Below, piece after piece: positions 10,150-21,371 of a DNA stretch of 59,080 nt. Below the pieces are notes generated by a model, which was not told the DNA's origin, did no database searches, and saw only the letters and a program-made list of their open reading frames with translations. Within the stretch, counting starts at the first letter, position 1; each line of letters begins with the position of its first letter. Position numbers and translations under genes: made by a program. Origin of the DNA: Nitrospirae bacterium MYbin3 (GTDB lineage: Bacteria; Nitrospirota; Thermodesulfovibrionia; Thermodesulfovibrionales; Dissulfurispiraceae); NCBI GenBank assembly GCA_002753335.1, contig PEAD01000003.1, forward strand, positions 124,001-183,080. The letters run 5' to 3'.

Positions 10150-11760
10150 ATGAAAGTAACAATTGTTGGGAAAATGGCTGTTTTGTTCGGGGTTTTGATT
10201 TCGGCATTTATAGGTTTTTGTATCTTCATTAATTTTGGAATGACCGAATTCAAAGAGGATCTTCAGCATTATTCGTATGTTCAGAAAGAGATAAAGCTTG
10301 CCAAGGAAATGCAGCTAAGGACGGCCAATGTCTGGCAGTTCTTTACTGACGCATCTTTGACCAAAGACAAGAAAGTCATAGACGAGGAAGCAAAGCCTAA
10401 TTATGTTGCTGCCCAAAAAGTGATAGACAGGATAATCGACATGGAAAAGGATGACAAAGCCCATATAGAGAATCTTAAAAAGATAAAAGTCGAACTTGAC
10501 CATGTCTGGAATGTCGGCAACAAGATGGTGGATGCCTATATTGCTGACTGGAATAAAGGCAATGCTGTAATGGATGAGTTTGACAAGGCTGCCGAGAAGC
10601 TTATTAATGACGTAAATGCTTATACCGAGAATGAAGACCTTGCAGGGGAAACTGCCCTGTCCGAAATGTTCGGCATGGTCTCAAAATATTCAAAAATTGC
10701 TTTATCAATACTGGTATTGACCATTATTGGCGGAGGAGTGGGCGGCTATATTGTATGGGGCTTGAGAAACAACGTAACAAGGCCTGTTGAAGAGCTGTCA
10801 AAGGCTGCCGAGAGAATTGCTGCCGGAGACCTTAGCGTGACGATAACCCATAAGAGTGAAGATGAAATCGGCCTATTGGCAAAGAGCATGATTGGGATGG
10901 TCGAAAACTTGAGACAGCTTATAAGAGAGCTTACTGAATCATCAAGCACTTTGGCGTCAGCAAGCCATGAATTGAGCGCAACGGCACATCAGCTGGAGAG
11001 GGGAACAAACGAGCAGACCGGACGGTCGGAGCAGATCGCCACGTCCGTGACCGAAATGACCCAGACATCGATTGATATAGCAAAGAATGCCACCAATATT
11101 GCGGGGTCGGCAGAAAGCCTCTCCAAGATAGCGACTGCAGGCGCACAGATAGTCAATCAGTCTATAGAGGGAGTGAAGGAGATTTCTTCAACGGTTGATG
11201 CCTCGGCAAAACATATCAGCGGGCTCGGCGATATGTCAAAGCAGATAGGTGAAATAGTCAATGTGATAAAAGACATTGCTGACCAGACGAACCTGCTTGC
11301 ACTGAATGCTGCCATTGAGGCTGCGCGTGCAGGAGAGCAGGGGCGCGGGTTTGCGGTTGTGGCGGATGAGGTTAGAAAACTGGCCGAAAGGACAGGAAAG
11401 GCCACATCTGAAATAAGCGAGATGATAGGGGCTATTCAGACAGAGGTGAACAATGCGGTCGGCTCAATGGATACAGCCTCGCTGAAGGTCAGCAAGGGTG
11501 TTGATGATGTTACCAAGGCAGGGAATGCCCTTCGGGATATCGTGAATAGTGTTGGCGAACTCCAGTCTATGGTGCACCAAATAGCCACGGCTACTGAAGA
11601 GATGTCTGCCGTTGCAGATGCCATACAGACGGATATTGATTCGGTTTCCGGAGTTTGTCATGAAACATCGGCCTGTTCCTCACAGATGGCCGAATCTGCC
11701 GATAATCTTGCAAAGATTTCTTCAAGCCTGCAGCAGTCGGCATCAAAGTTCAGGGTTTGA
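10150..11760 (+). CDS. Methyl-accepting chemotaxis protein (helical sensor domain, HAMP, signalling domain)
   Basis: IADQTNLLALNAAIEAARAGEQGRGFAVVADEVRKLA; HAMP (IAAGDL...DEIGLLA). ATG at 10150 after GGAGG. Confidence 0.95.
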   Translation: MKVTIVGKMAVLFGVLISAFIGFCIFINFGMTEFKEDLQHYSYVQKEIKLAKEMQLRTANVWQFFTDASLTKDKKVIDEEAKPNYVAAQKVIDRIIDMEKDDKAHIENLKKIKVELDHVWNVGNKMVDAYIADWNKGNAVMDEFDKAAEKLINDVNAYTENEDLAGETALSEMFGMVSKYSKIALSILVLTIIGGGVGGYIVWGLRNNVTRPVEELSKAAERIAAGDLSVTITHKSEDEIGLLAKSMIGMVENLRQLIRELTESSSTLASASHELSATAHQLERGTNEQTGRSEQIATSVTEMTQTSIDIAKNATNIAGSAESLSKIATAGAQIVNQSIEGVKEISSTVDASAKHISGLGDMSKQIGEIVNVIKDIADQTNLLALNAAIEAARAGEQGRGFAVVADEVRKLAERTGKATSEISEMIGAIQTEVNNAVGSMDTASLKVSKGVDDVTKAGNALRDIVNSVGELQSMVHQIATATEEMSAVADAIQTDIDSVSGVCHETSACSSQMAESADNLAKISSSLQQSASKFRV

Positions 11761-12782
11761 TAGCATTGCAAAATAACGGATTCAATCAACTGCCTGATCA
11801 TCTGCAAAACGAAGCCTACCTTAGAGGTGTGCTTCTTGACAGCTTTTCCTGCGCGGCGCTGGTTTTAAAAAAACATACACGCGAGATAGTTGAGTGCAAC
11901 CGGTATGCGAAGCAACTGGGGGCTGAGGTGGGCAGGGCCTGTTTCGAATCTCTCTTTAAAGCTGACAGACCGTGCCATTTCTGCAGGGCCGATGCTGTTT
12001 GGGAAACCTCCGAAAGACAGGATATTGAAGTGGAAAATGCCGGAAAATCCTGGCGCTGCATATGGATCCCTTTTTCGGACGACCTGTTTTTGCACTATCT
12101 TTCTGATATTGCTGAGCGCAAAAAACATGAGGAGCAGATCATATCTGCCCTTACTGAGAAGGAGATGCTTCTGCACGAAATGTCCCACCGGGTCAAGAAT
12201 AATCTTCAGGTGCTGACGAGTGTTATGGGTTTGCAGGCTAATGTATCAAAAAATGATGAGGCAAACAACATTCTTAAAGAAGCACAGAACAGAATCAGGT
12301 CGATGGCTGTTGTCCATGAGATGCTTTATAAGACGAAGAATCTGTCCTATCTTAATTGCGGTGACTACATACATAAACTTGCAAAAACTTTGCTGCAGGC
12401 AGAAAAGGGTGAAACAGCTTATAAAATAAGAACGGTGTTCAATTTGCAGGAAGTCATGCTTAGTGTGGACAGGGCCACTTTGTTGGGGCTGATCTTTAAC
12501 GAACTTATAACAAATGTCCTGAAATATGCTTTCTCTGCGGATAGGGACCGCGAGCTGAAAATAGATTTAACAAAAGATGGCAATACCTGTACTCTGTCTG
12601 TAAAGGACAACGGGGTTGGTCTTCCGCAAGGGTTCGATCACCGAAATACAGGAACATTGGGATTAACCTTAGTGTCCGGATTGGTTAAGCAGCTTAAGGG
12701 GGAATTCAAAATGAGCTCCGATAATGGAACCAAGGCCGTAGTCACTTTCAAGCTGTCAGAGAAAGACGGAGATCTAAACTGA
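11757..12782 (+). CDS. PAS-containing HisKA_2-type sensor histidine kinase
   Basis: EMSHRVKNNLQ H-box, NELITNVLKYAF, DNGVG, TLGLTLV. Confidence 0.88.
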   Translation: MIALQNNGFNQLPDHLQNEAYLRGVLLDSFSCAALVLKKHTREIVECNRYAKQLGAEVGRACFESLFKADRPCHFCRADAVWETSERQDIEVENAGKSWRCIWIPFSDDLFLHYLSDIAERKKHEEQIISALTEKEMLLHEMSHRVKNNLQVLTSVMGLQANVSKNDEANNILKEAQNRIRSMAVVHEMLYKTKNLSYLNCGDYIHKLAKTLLQAEKGETAYKIRTVFNLQEVMLSVDRATLLGLIFNELITNVLKYAFSADRDRELKIDLTKDGNTCTLSVKDNGVGLPQGFDHRNTGTLGLTLVSGLVKQLKGEFKMSSDNGTKAVVTFKLSEKDGDLN

Positions 12783-12821
12783 AAAACAAAATTCTCGCAT
12801 TCCTAATGCCAGTTGTAAATA

Positions 12822-14942
12822 ATGCAAACTGAAAATTCATTAAGCTTATGGTCTGTGGTCAAGAACAGCAGGATTTCGCTGGCGTTATGGGCTATTCTTG
12901 TTCTCTTAATGTTCTGGTATGAAGTTTATAGTTGTGGCGAAAAGGCCCATGAAAGCATATTTTTGGTTTATTGGATAGTGGGAGCAGTTTTTATAGTAAT
13001 CCACACTCGGCGCGAAATGAAGAAGAACATAGACTTAATCCGGAGCGAAGATAAATTCAGGATACTGTTTGAGCGCAGCATGGATGCTGTGCTTCTTTTG
13101 GATGAAGACAAATTTGTTGAGTGCAATCCTGCTGCGCTGAGCATGATGCATTGCACCAAGCCTGAATTGCTTGTAGCCCATCCATGGGAGCTTTCTCCTC
13201 CTGAGCAGCCTGATGGCAGGCCCAGTTCAGAAAAAGCTATAGAGATGATAGATATCGCCCATGAACGCGGAGGCCATAGATTTGAATGGATACACCGGCG
13301 CATGGACGGAAAGGATTTTCCGGTGGAAGTTACACTGGTGCCGATTCCCTTGGATCATGGCCGCAAAGTGCTTTTTACCACGTGGCGTGATATTACTGAG
13401 CGCAAAAAGGCTGAAGAAGCGTTAAAGCATAGAGAAGAGATGTACCGCAACCTGTCCAGCCAGTTCAATGCTCTTCTTGACGCTATTCCTGACAGCATTA
13501 GCCTGATCTCTCCAGATTACAAGGTGCTCTGGGCAAACCGGACCGCGGCCGAAAGGGTAGGCAGAAAGCCTGATGATATAGAAGGACAATCATGTTATGG
13601 ATTATGGTTCAATGAAAAAGCTCCTTGTGAGGAATGTCCGATCAGGGACAGCATCCAGTCGGGTAAACTTTCCGAAAGACATGTGGTAAGGAATAACAGG
13701 AGATTTGATGTAAGGGCTGTGCCGGCACTAGGGGCTGACGGGGTGGTCAATGTGATAAGGGTGGCGAGGGATGTCACGGAGCATAGCAAACTTGAAGACC
13801 AGCTTAGGCAGTCGCAGAAGATGGAGTCTGTCGGCACTCTTGCGGGCGGCATCGCCCATGATTTTAATAATATAATCACAGCAATCATCGGTTATGGGTA
13901 TATGGTGCAGAAGAAGCTCAAAGATGATCCTGCAACCCAGGAGTTTGTTGAAGAGATAATTGACGGAGCAACGCGTGCTGCTGAACTGACGCGCGGCCTG
14001 CTTACATTCAGCAGAAAGCAGTTAATAAATCTTCAGTACCACAATCTTAACTGCATAGTCAGCAATATGGAAAAGATGCTGCGCAGAATTATAGGAGAGG
14101 ACATAGCATTTGAAACTGTTATTGGGGATAAAGATATCATGGTCAGGATTGATGCAGCGCAGATAGACCAGCTGTTGATGAACCTTGCAACCAATGCGCG
14201 TGATGCTATGCCTAACGGAGGACATCTTATAATAAAAGCTGAGGTTGTAGCTATTGACAGCAGTTATGCTGAAGCCCATCTTTTCGCAGGTGTCGGCGAT
14301 TATGCCTTGTTGGCAGTATCAGATACCGGCATCGGCATGGACGCTGAAACTAGGGAAAGGATTTTTGAACCTTTCTTTACCACAAAGGAGGTTGGCAAAG
14401 GCACCGGACTTGGATTGGCAATGGCTTACGGAATAATCAAGCAGCATAACGGCAATATTCATGTGTACAGCGAGCCTGGCATAGGAACTACATTCAAGAT
14501 ATATCTGCCAATGGCCCCTTTGGAGAAGCAGGAGTCAGCTACTAAGCATGTGTCATATGCTCCTAAGGGCAGGGGTGAAACTATACTGATAGCTGAGGAT
14601 GATTCTCATGTAAGGAGTGTTGTCAGTCTTTACCTTAAACAAGCCGGGTACAACACAATAGAGGTCGAAAATGGCGAGGAAGCGATAAGTAAGTTTAAGG
14701 AGAATGCCGAGAAGGTGGCTGTTCTGGTTTTGGATGTGATAATGCCTGTAAAGAATGGCAGGGCGGCTACCGATGAGATAAAGAAAATAAAGCCTGACAT
14801 AAAGGTGATATACATGAGCGGCTACACGGATGATATCATAACGAAAAAAGGCATGCTGGAAGATGGATTTGATTTTATCTCAAAGCCCATAAACTCTGAG
14901 ATCATGCTGACAAAGATTAGAGAGGTTTTGGACAGGCCATAG
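12822..14942 (+). CDS. Hybrid histidine kinase (TM, 2 PAS, HisKA, HATPase, REC)
   Basis: GGIAHDFNN, NARDAM, GTGLGL; receiver (IAEDD...LDVIMP...MSGY...KP). Confidence 0.93.
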   Translation: MQTENSLSLWSVVKNSRISLALWAILVLLMFWYEVYSCGEKAHESIFLVYWIVGAVFIVIHTRREMKKNIDLIRSEDKFRILFERSMDAVLLLDEDKFVECNPAALSMMHCTKPELLVAHPWELSPPEQPDGRPSSEKAIEMIDIAHERGGHRFEWIHRRMDGKDFPVEVTLVPIPLDHGRKVLFTTWRDITERKKAEEALKHREEMYRNLSSQFNALLDAIPDSISLISPDYKVLWANRTAAERVGRKPDDIEGQSCYGLWFNEKAPCEECPIRDSIQSGKLSERHVVRNNRRFDVRAVPALGADGVVNVIRVARDVTEHSKLEDQLRQSQKMESVGTLAGGIAHDFNNIITAIIGYGYMVQKKLKDDPATQEFVEEIIDGATRAAELTRGLLTFSRKQLINLQYHNLNCIVSNMEKMLRRIIGEDIAFETVIGDKDIMVRIDAAQIDQLLMNLATNARDAMPNGGHLIIKAEVVAIDSSYAEAHLFAGVGDYALLAVSDTGIGMDAETRERIFEPFFTTKEVGKGTGLGLAMAYGIIKQHNGNIHVYSEPGIGTTFKIYLPMAPLEKQESATKHVSYAPKGRGETILIAEDDSHVRSVVSLYLKQAGYNTIEVENGEEAISKFKENAEKVAVLVLDVIMPVKNGRAATDEIKKIKPDIKVIYMSGYTDDIITKKGMLEDGFDFISKPINSEIMLTKIREVLDRP

Positions 14943-15047
14943 CAGTATCGCCTCCCGTCTTAATCCATTTCTGACTAAAAATATTATTTACCGATAATTA
15001 ACACATCTTTACGAAAAAATTTCCTCTTAATCGACTATGATATATAT

Positions 15048-16994
15048 ATGGTTAAAAAACGCATCTTGGTGGTTGAAGACGAATGCATAACCTCAATGTC
15101 TATAGAGTCCAATCTGGTGAAGGCCGGATATGAGGTGGCTGCAGTAGTTACAAAGGGCGAAGATGCGGTGCGCATAGCTTTTGAACTGCATCCCGATCTT
15201 ATACTGATGGATATTTCGCTTGAAGGCCATATGAGCGGGATAGATGCGGCTGATGAGATACGGAGCGCCTGCGAAGATATACCGATTGTATACATGACCG
15301 CCCATACTGATTCAGAGACGATTGGACGAGCCAAGAGAACAGAACCCTTCGGATATCTTACCAAGCCGTTGAACATGAATACCCTGATGAGCACAATAGA
15401 AGTGGCTCTTTACAAAGGAGAGGCTGATGCTCAGCGCAGGAAGGCAGAAAAGGCGTTGAGCGAGAGAGATGAATTAATAAAAAACATTCTCGAAAGCATT
15501 GATGAGGGATTTATAATCATAGATCGGGATTTCAGGATTATTTCGGTAAACAAGGCCTATGCGAACATGGTGAGAATGCCGATAGATGATATCATCGGGC
15601 GGCATTGTTATGAGATATCACACCATTCAAATAAACCCTGCTATGAAAACGGATCTGAACATCCCTGTACGGTAAAACAGGTTTTCGATACCGGAGAGCA
15701 AAGCAGGTCGATACACACACATTACGATGAAAAAGAGAACCCTGTTTATGTTGAGACAAAGGCGTATCCTCTATCTCTAGACAGAAAGGGCAAAGTTACA
15801 AAAGCGATAGAGATAGTCATCAATATTACAGAAAAGCAGAAGCTCGAAGCCCAGCTGCGTCAGGCTCAGAAGATGGAAGGCATTGGACAGCTGGCCGGAG
15901 GCATCGCCCATGACTTCAACAACATCTTGACCGCCATTATTGGCTACGGCAACATCGCTCTGATGAAAATGGCTGAGGACGAGCCCCAGCGCTTGAATAT
16001 AGAACAGATGCTTGATGCGGCCGACCGTGCAGCTCATCTTACGAAGGACCTTTTGCTGTTCAGCAGAAAACAGATCAGTGAGAGTAAGCCGGTAGATCTG
16101 AACATTGTTATCAAGACGGTAGAGAAGTTTCTGAAGCGGGTCATAGGTGAGGATGTTGTATACCGGTCATCACTAACCAATGCAGCAATGACTATACTGG
16201 GCGATGCCCACCAGCTTGAGCAGGTGCTGATGAATCTTGCGACTAATGCTCGTGATGCGATGTCAATGAGCGGAGGAGATTTAACTGTTACTACTGAACA
16301 GGTGGTCTTTGATAAAAAATTCGTCAAGCTGCATGGTTATGGCAAAACCGGCAGGTATGCCATGGTTACCGTATCTGATACAGGCAAGGGCATGGATGAA
16401 GATACAAGGCAGAAAATATTCGAACCGTTTTATACAACGAAAGAGGCTGGGAAAGGCACCGGGCTTGGACTTGCGGTGGTTTATGGCATTGTCAAACAGC
16501 ATGGGGGATATATCAATGTTTACAGCGAACCCGGCAGTGGCACAACATTCAGGATATATTTTCCGCTTATTGCATCTGAAGAAGCCGAGGAGAAGGTAAA
16601 GGTAATTGAGGACCGGCCTGAGGGAGGCACAGAAACGATTCTTGTTGCTGAGGATGAGGGGCCTGTCAGAGATATAACCGTAACGATTCTGAGGGAGTTT
16701 GGATATAACATTATTACGGCTGTTGATGGTGAGGAGGCGGTTAATAAATACAGGGAGCATAAGGGCGATGTGCATATGCTTTTGTTTGACCTCATCATGC
16801 CTAAGAAGAGCGGCAAAGAGGCGTATGATGAAATCAGGAAGCTGAAGCCGGATATAAAGATACTTTTTGTGAGCGGCTATTCGCCTGATGTTGTAAGGGC
16901 AAAGGCATCCCTTGAAGACTATACCACAATACTCTATAAGCCTCTGGCGCCTATTGCGCTGCTGAAAAATGTGCGAAGCATTCTGGACAAATAA
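15048..16994 (+). CDS. Hybrid kinase (REC-PAS-HisKA-HATPase-REC)
   Basis: N-terminal receiver (ILVVEDE...LMDI...KP), PAS, GGIAHDFNN, second receiver at the C-terminus. Confidence 0.93.
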   Translation: MVKKRILVVEDECITSMSIESNLVKAGYEVAAVVTKGEDAVRIAFELHPDLILMDISLEGHMSGIDAADEIRSACEDIPIVYMTAHTDSETIGRAKRTEPFGYLTKPLNMNTLMSTIEVALYKGEADAQRRKAEKALSERDELIKNILESIDEGFIIIDRDFRIISVNKAYANMVRMPIDDIIGRHCYEISHHSNKPCYENGSEHPCTVKQVFDTGEQSRSIHTHYDEKENPVYVETKAYPLSLDRKGKVTKAIEIVINITEKQKLEAQLRQAQKMEGIGQLAGGIAHDFNNILTAIIGYGNIALMKMAEDEPQRLNIEQMLDAADRAAHLTKDLLLFSRKQISESKPVDLNIVIKTVEKFLKRVIGEDVVYRSSLTNAAMTILGDAHQLEQVLMNLATNARDAMSMSGGDLTVTTEQVVFDKKFVKLHGYGKTGRYAMVTVSDTGKGMDEDTRQKIFEPFYTTKEAGKGTGLGLAVVYGIVKQHGGYINVYSEPGSGTTFRIYFPLIASEEAEEKVKVIEDRPEGGTETILVAEDEGPVRDITVTILREFGYNIITAVDGEEAVNKYREHKGDVHMLLFDLIMPKKSGKEAYDEIRKLKPDIKILFVSGYSPDVVRAKASLEDYTTILYKPLAPIALLKNVRSILDK

Positions 16995-17097
16995 AGTCTT
17001 ATAAAATAGCTGCTGACAAATCGAAAACTACAGTCGTTTTTTCCTGAGGAATCTGAGTAATCCACTGCTTGACATTTTAAATAGGCAATCAAAAAAT

Positions 17098-17130
17098 TCT
17101 TAATATGGAATTAGAGCTTCCATATTAAGA
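17098..17130. promoter_or_regulatory. Perfect 13-bp inverted repeat, candidate operator, just upstream of the ATPase remnant
   Basis: TCTTAATATGGAA-N7-TTCCATATTAAGA; a TTGACA lies at 17069-17074. Confidence 0.5.
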
Positions 17131-17136
17131 CCTAAA

Positions 17137-17391
17137 ATGGAAACAATAAGGCGAAAATTCAAAATCGAAAAGCAGAGTTTTTTTCTGCTTGGTCCTAGGG
17201 GAACAGGGAAATCAACCCTGATTAAAGGGCTTTTCCCAAGTGCCGTATATTTGGATCTTCTATTGCCTGACACATTTAGATCATATAACTACCCTGAGGC
17301 AAAAAAGATATTGCTTTATCGTGGTAAGGAACGACTTGTAAAAGATGGCATTTTAATTGAACCGTGTGAAGATTTTTTGATGAGATTGTGA
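17137..17391 (+). pseudogene. Internally deleted remnant of an AAA_14/DUF4143-type ATP-binding protein
   Basis: Walker A (LLGPRGTGKST) with no Walker B, joined directly to a tail (YPEAKKILLYRGKERL...PCEDFL) resembling the extreme C-terminus of this roughly 380-400-aa family. Confidence 0.7.
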
Positions 17392-17392
17392 T

Positions 17393-18148
17393 TTATACGT
17401 AGTTTTTCAGCCTCTCGATGCTTTTCATAACCCTCTCGGGATTATGTGCCTCAATGGTGTATATGCAGTCAATCCCTTCTATTTCGGAAAAGAATTTTTT
17501 AAAATCGAAGCTGCCGTCCCCGATAGACAGGTGCTGATCAAAACTTTTGTCGTTATCATGGAGATGGAGTTCAAAGAAATATTTTTTCAGTGAAGACAGC
17601 CATTCAGCGAGCGGTACTTTTGAAAACAGGTTGAAATGGCCGGTATCGAAGCATATTCCAAAGTTGGCAGAAGCCATCTCTTCAACCAGCATTTTTAGGT
17701 TTGACGGCTCTTCTTCGAATATGTTTTCGATTGCGATTTTTACGCCGATGCTTTCTGCTCGCGCATTGAGCGGCTTCCATGTCTCGATGCTTTTTTCGAG
17801 CCATAGCTTCATATTCAGGGCGTATTTCCATTTTTCATAACCCGGATGAAATACAATGCATTTGGGCTTCAGGATTTCTGCTGCATCCAGAACTTGATTG
17901 AAGCGGTGTATGGTTGCGGCCCTGACGCCTGAATCCACAGCGCCCGGCGAAAGGTCGAAGAATGGCGCATGGAATGATAAAGACGGCGAATGGACAAGGC
18001 TGCTTTTAAGTTTGTCTAAATATTTGTTCGAAAGGCTGTCGAGGGAATCGCCGCTGAAATATATTTCGAGGTCAATGCGGTTTTCGATAATAAAATTCAA
18101 GTAGTCGCCTATTTTTTCATAAGGCACATGGACATGTGGTTTAATCAT
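17393..18148 (-). CDS. Sugar phosphate isomerase/epimerase (AP endonuclease 2 TIM-barrel) family protein
   Basis: SFHAPF, VFHPG, IAIENI, CFDTGH, LHLHDN...DQHL, TIEAH. The ATG at 18148 overlaps the upstream stop; the longer ORF start lies inside the neighbouring gene. Confidence 0.88.
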   Translation of the reverse strand: MIKPHVHVPYEKIGDYLNFIIENRIDLEIYFSGDSLDSLSNKYLDKLKSSLVHSPSLSFHAPFFDLSPGAVDSGVRAATIHRFNQVLDAAEILKPKCIVFHPGYEKWKYALNMKLWLEKSIETWKPLNARAESIGVKIAIENIFEEEPSNLKMLVEEMASANFGICFDTGHFNLFSKVPLAEWLSSLKKYFFELHLHDNDKSFDQHLSIGDGSFDFKKFFSEIEGIDCIYTIEAHNPERVMKSIERLKNYV

Positions 18149-18467
18149 TTTGTTTAGTGGATGTTGTCTCTTTGGTGGTTTTTGACTCTGAAGATGATTC
18201 TGTTTTCGATTCGCTTTTTGTTTCTGTCGAGGTTTCGGTTTTTTTGTCGCCCGAACTAGCATCTGTTTTGTCTGTAGTTTTGTTCTTGTTTGAAGCGTAG
18301 TCGGTAACATACCAGCCGCTTCCTTTCAGGACAAAAGAGGTGTTCGATATAAGCTTTTTCATGTCGCCCCCGCATTCCGCGCAGGTCGTGATAGGCTCGT
18401 CGCTGAATTTCTGCATTACTTCAATGGCCTTGCGGCATTTTTGGCATTCGTACTCGTATATCGGCAT
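18141..18467 (-). CDS. FmdB-family zinc-ribbon protein
   Basis: MPIYEYECQKC...CAECGG...FVLKGSGWYVTDY, then an S/T/K/E-rich tail. Confidence 0.9.
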   Translation of the reverse strand: MPIYEYECQKCRKAIEVMQKFSDEPITTCAECGGDMKKLISNTSFVLKGSGWYVTDYASNKNKTTDKTDASSGDKKTETSTETKSESKTESSSESKTTKETTSTKQND

Positions 18468-18492
18468 ATTTACCTCCTATGTAACAACCTTT

Positions 18493-18557
18493 AATATAAT
18501 AAAGCCCTGATATTTTGGTCAATATTATTGACATTTACCTGAAAAAGCTGTTTTAAT
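18493..18557. promoter_or_regulatory. Back-to-back sigma-70-like promoters for rplU (+) and the FmdB-family gene (-)
   Basis: Plus strand TTGACA (18528-18533) and TGnTTTAAT (18549-18557). Minus strand TTGACC (18522-18517) and TATATT (18498-18493). Confidence 0.5.
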
Positions 18558-18588
18558 ATTAATTCCTAATTTTGATGGAGGTGATTGT

Positions 18589-18903
18589 ATGTACGCAGTA
18601 GTTGAGACGGCAGGAAAGCAGATGAGGGTTGCTGCTGGAGATAAGGTGGTACTTGAGGGCAAAATCGGTGTTGATAGGGGAGAATTCCTTATAGATAAGG
18701 TCATAGCCATTGCTGATGGAGAGAATGTAAAATTCGGCGCTCCATACATCGCAGGCGCAAGCGTCAAGTCCGAGATAATCGGAAGGGGCAGGCTTCCCAA
18801 GGTTGTTGTTCTTAAGCACAAGGCCAAGAAGGCGACCAAGAAGATGACCGGACACAAGCAGCACACCACTACGCTGCAGATTAAAGAAATAATCGGAGGT
18901 TAA
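18589..18903 (+). CDS. rplU: 50S ribosomal protein L21
   Basis: [14 protein letters not shown]...GHKQ; GGAGG RBS; rplU-rpmA-obg order. Confidence 0.93.
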   Translation: MYAVVETAGKQMRVAAGDKVVLEGKIGVDRGEFLIDKVIAIADGENVKFGAPYIAGASVKSEIIGRGRLPKVVVLKHKAKKATKKMTGHKQHTTTLQIKEIIGG

Positions 18904-18905
18904 TC

Positions 18906-19184
18906 ATGGCACATAAAAAAGGAGTTGGAAGCTCAAGGAACGGACGCGATAGCGAGTCCCAACGGCTTGGTGTAAAAAGATTTGGCGGGCAGGTTGTGCG
19001 TGCAGGCAACATACTTGTAAGACAGCGCGGCACAAAGTTCCATCCCGGCAGCAATGTAGGCATAGGTTCTGATGACACACTCTTCGCGCTGATTGACGGC
19101 GTGGTAACCTTCGAGAGAAAGGACAGGACACGCAAGAAGATCAGCGTGTATCCGGCTCCGCAGGCACAGCACGCAGCAGCTTAG
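18906..19184 (+). CDS. rpmA: 50S ribosomal protein L27
   Basis: [24 protein letters not shown]...[10 protein letters not shown]. Confidence 0.98.
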   Translation: MAHKKGVGSSRNGRDSESQRLGVKRFGGQVVRAGNILVRQRGTKFHPGSNVGIGSDDTLFALIDGVVTFERKDRTRKKISVYPAPQAQHAAA

Positions 19185-19190
19185 GTTTAA

Positions 19191-21352
<2,162 letters not shown>

Positions 21353-21371
21353 GGAATTTTTCCTTTAACGC

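Noticed and set aside
18149..18310. N-terminal extension of the TIM-barrel ORF
   Set aside because: It is an alternate-frame read of the FmdB-family gene's low-complexity tail; the ATG at 18148 fits better.
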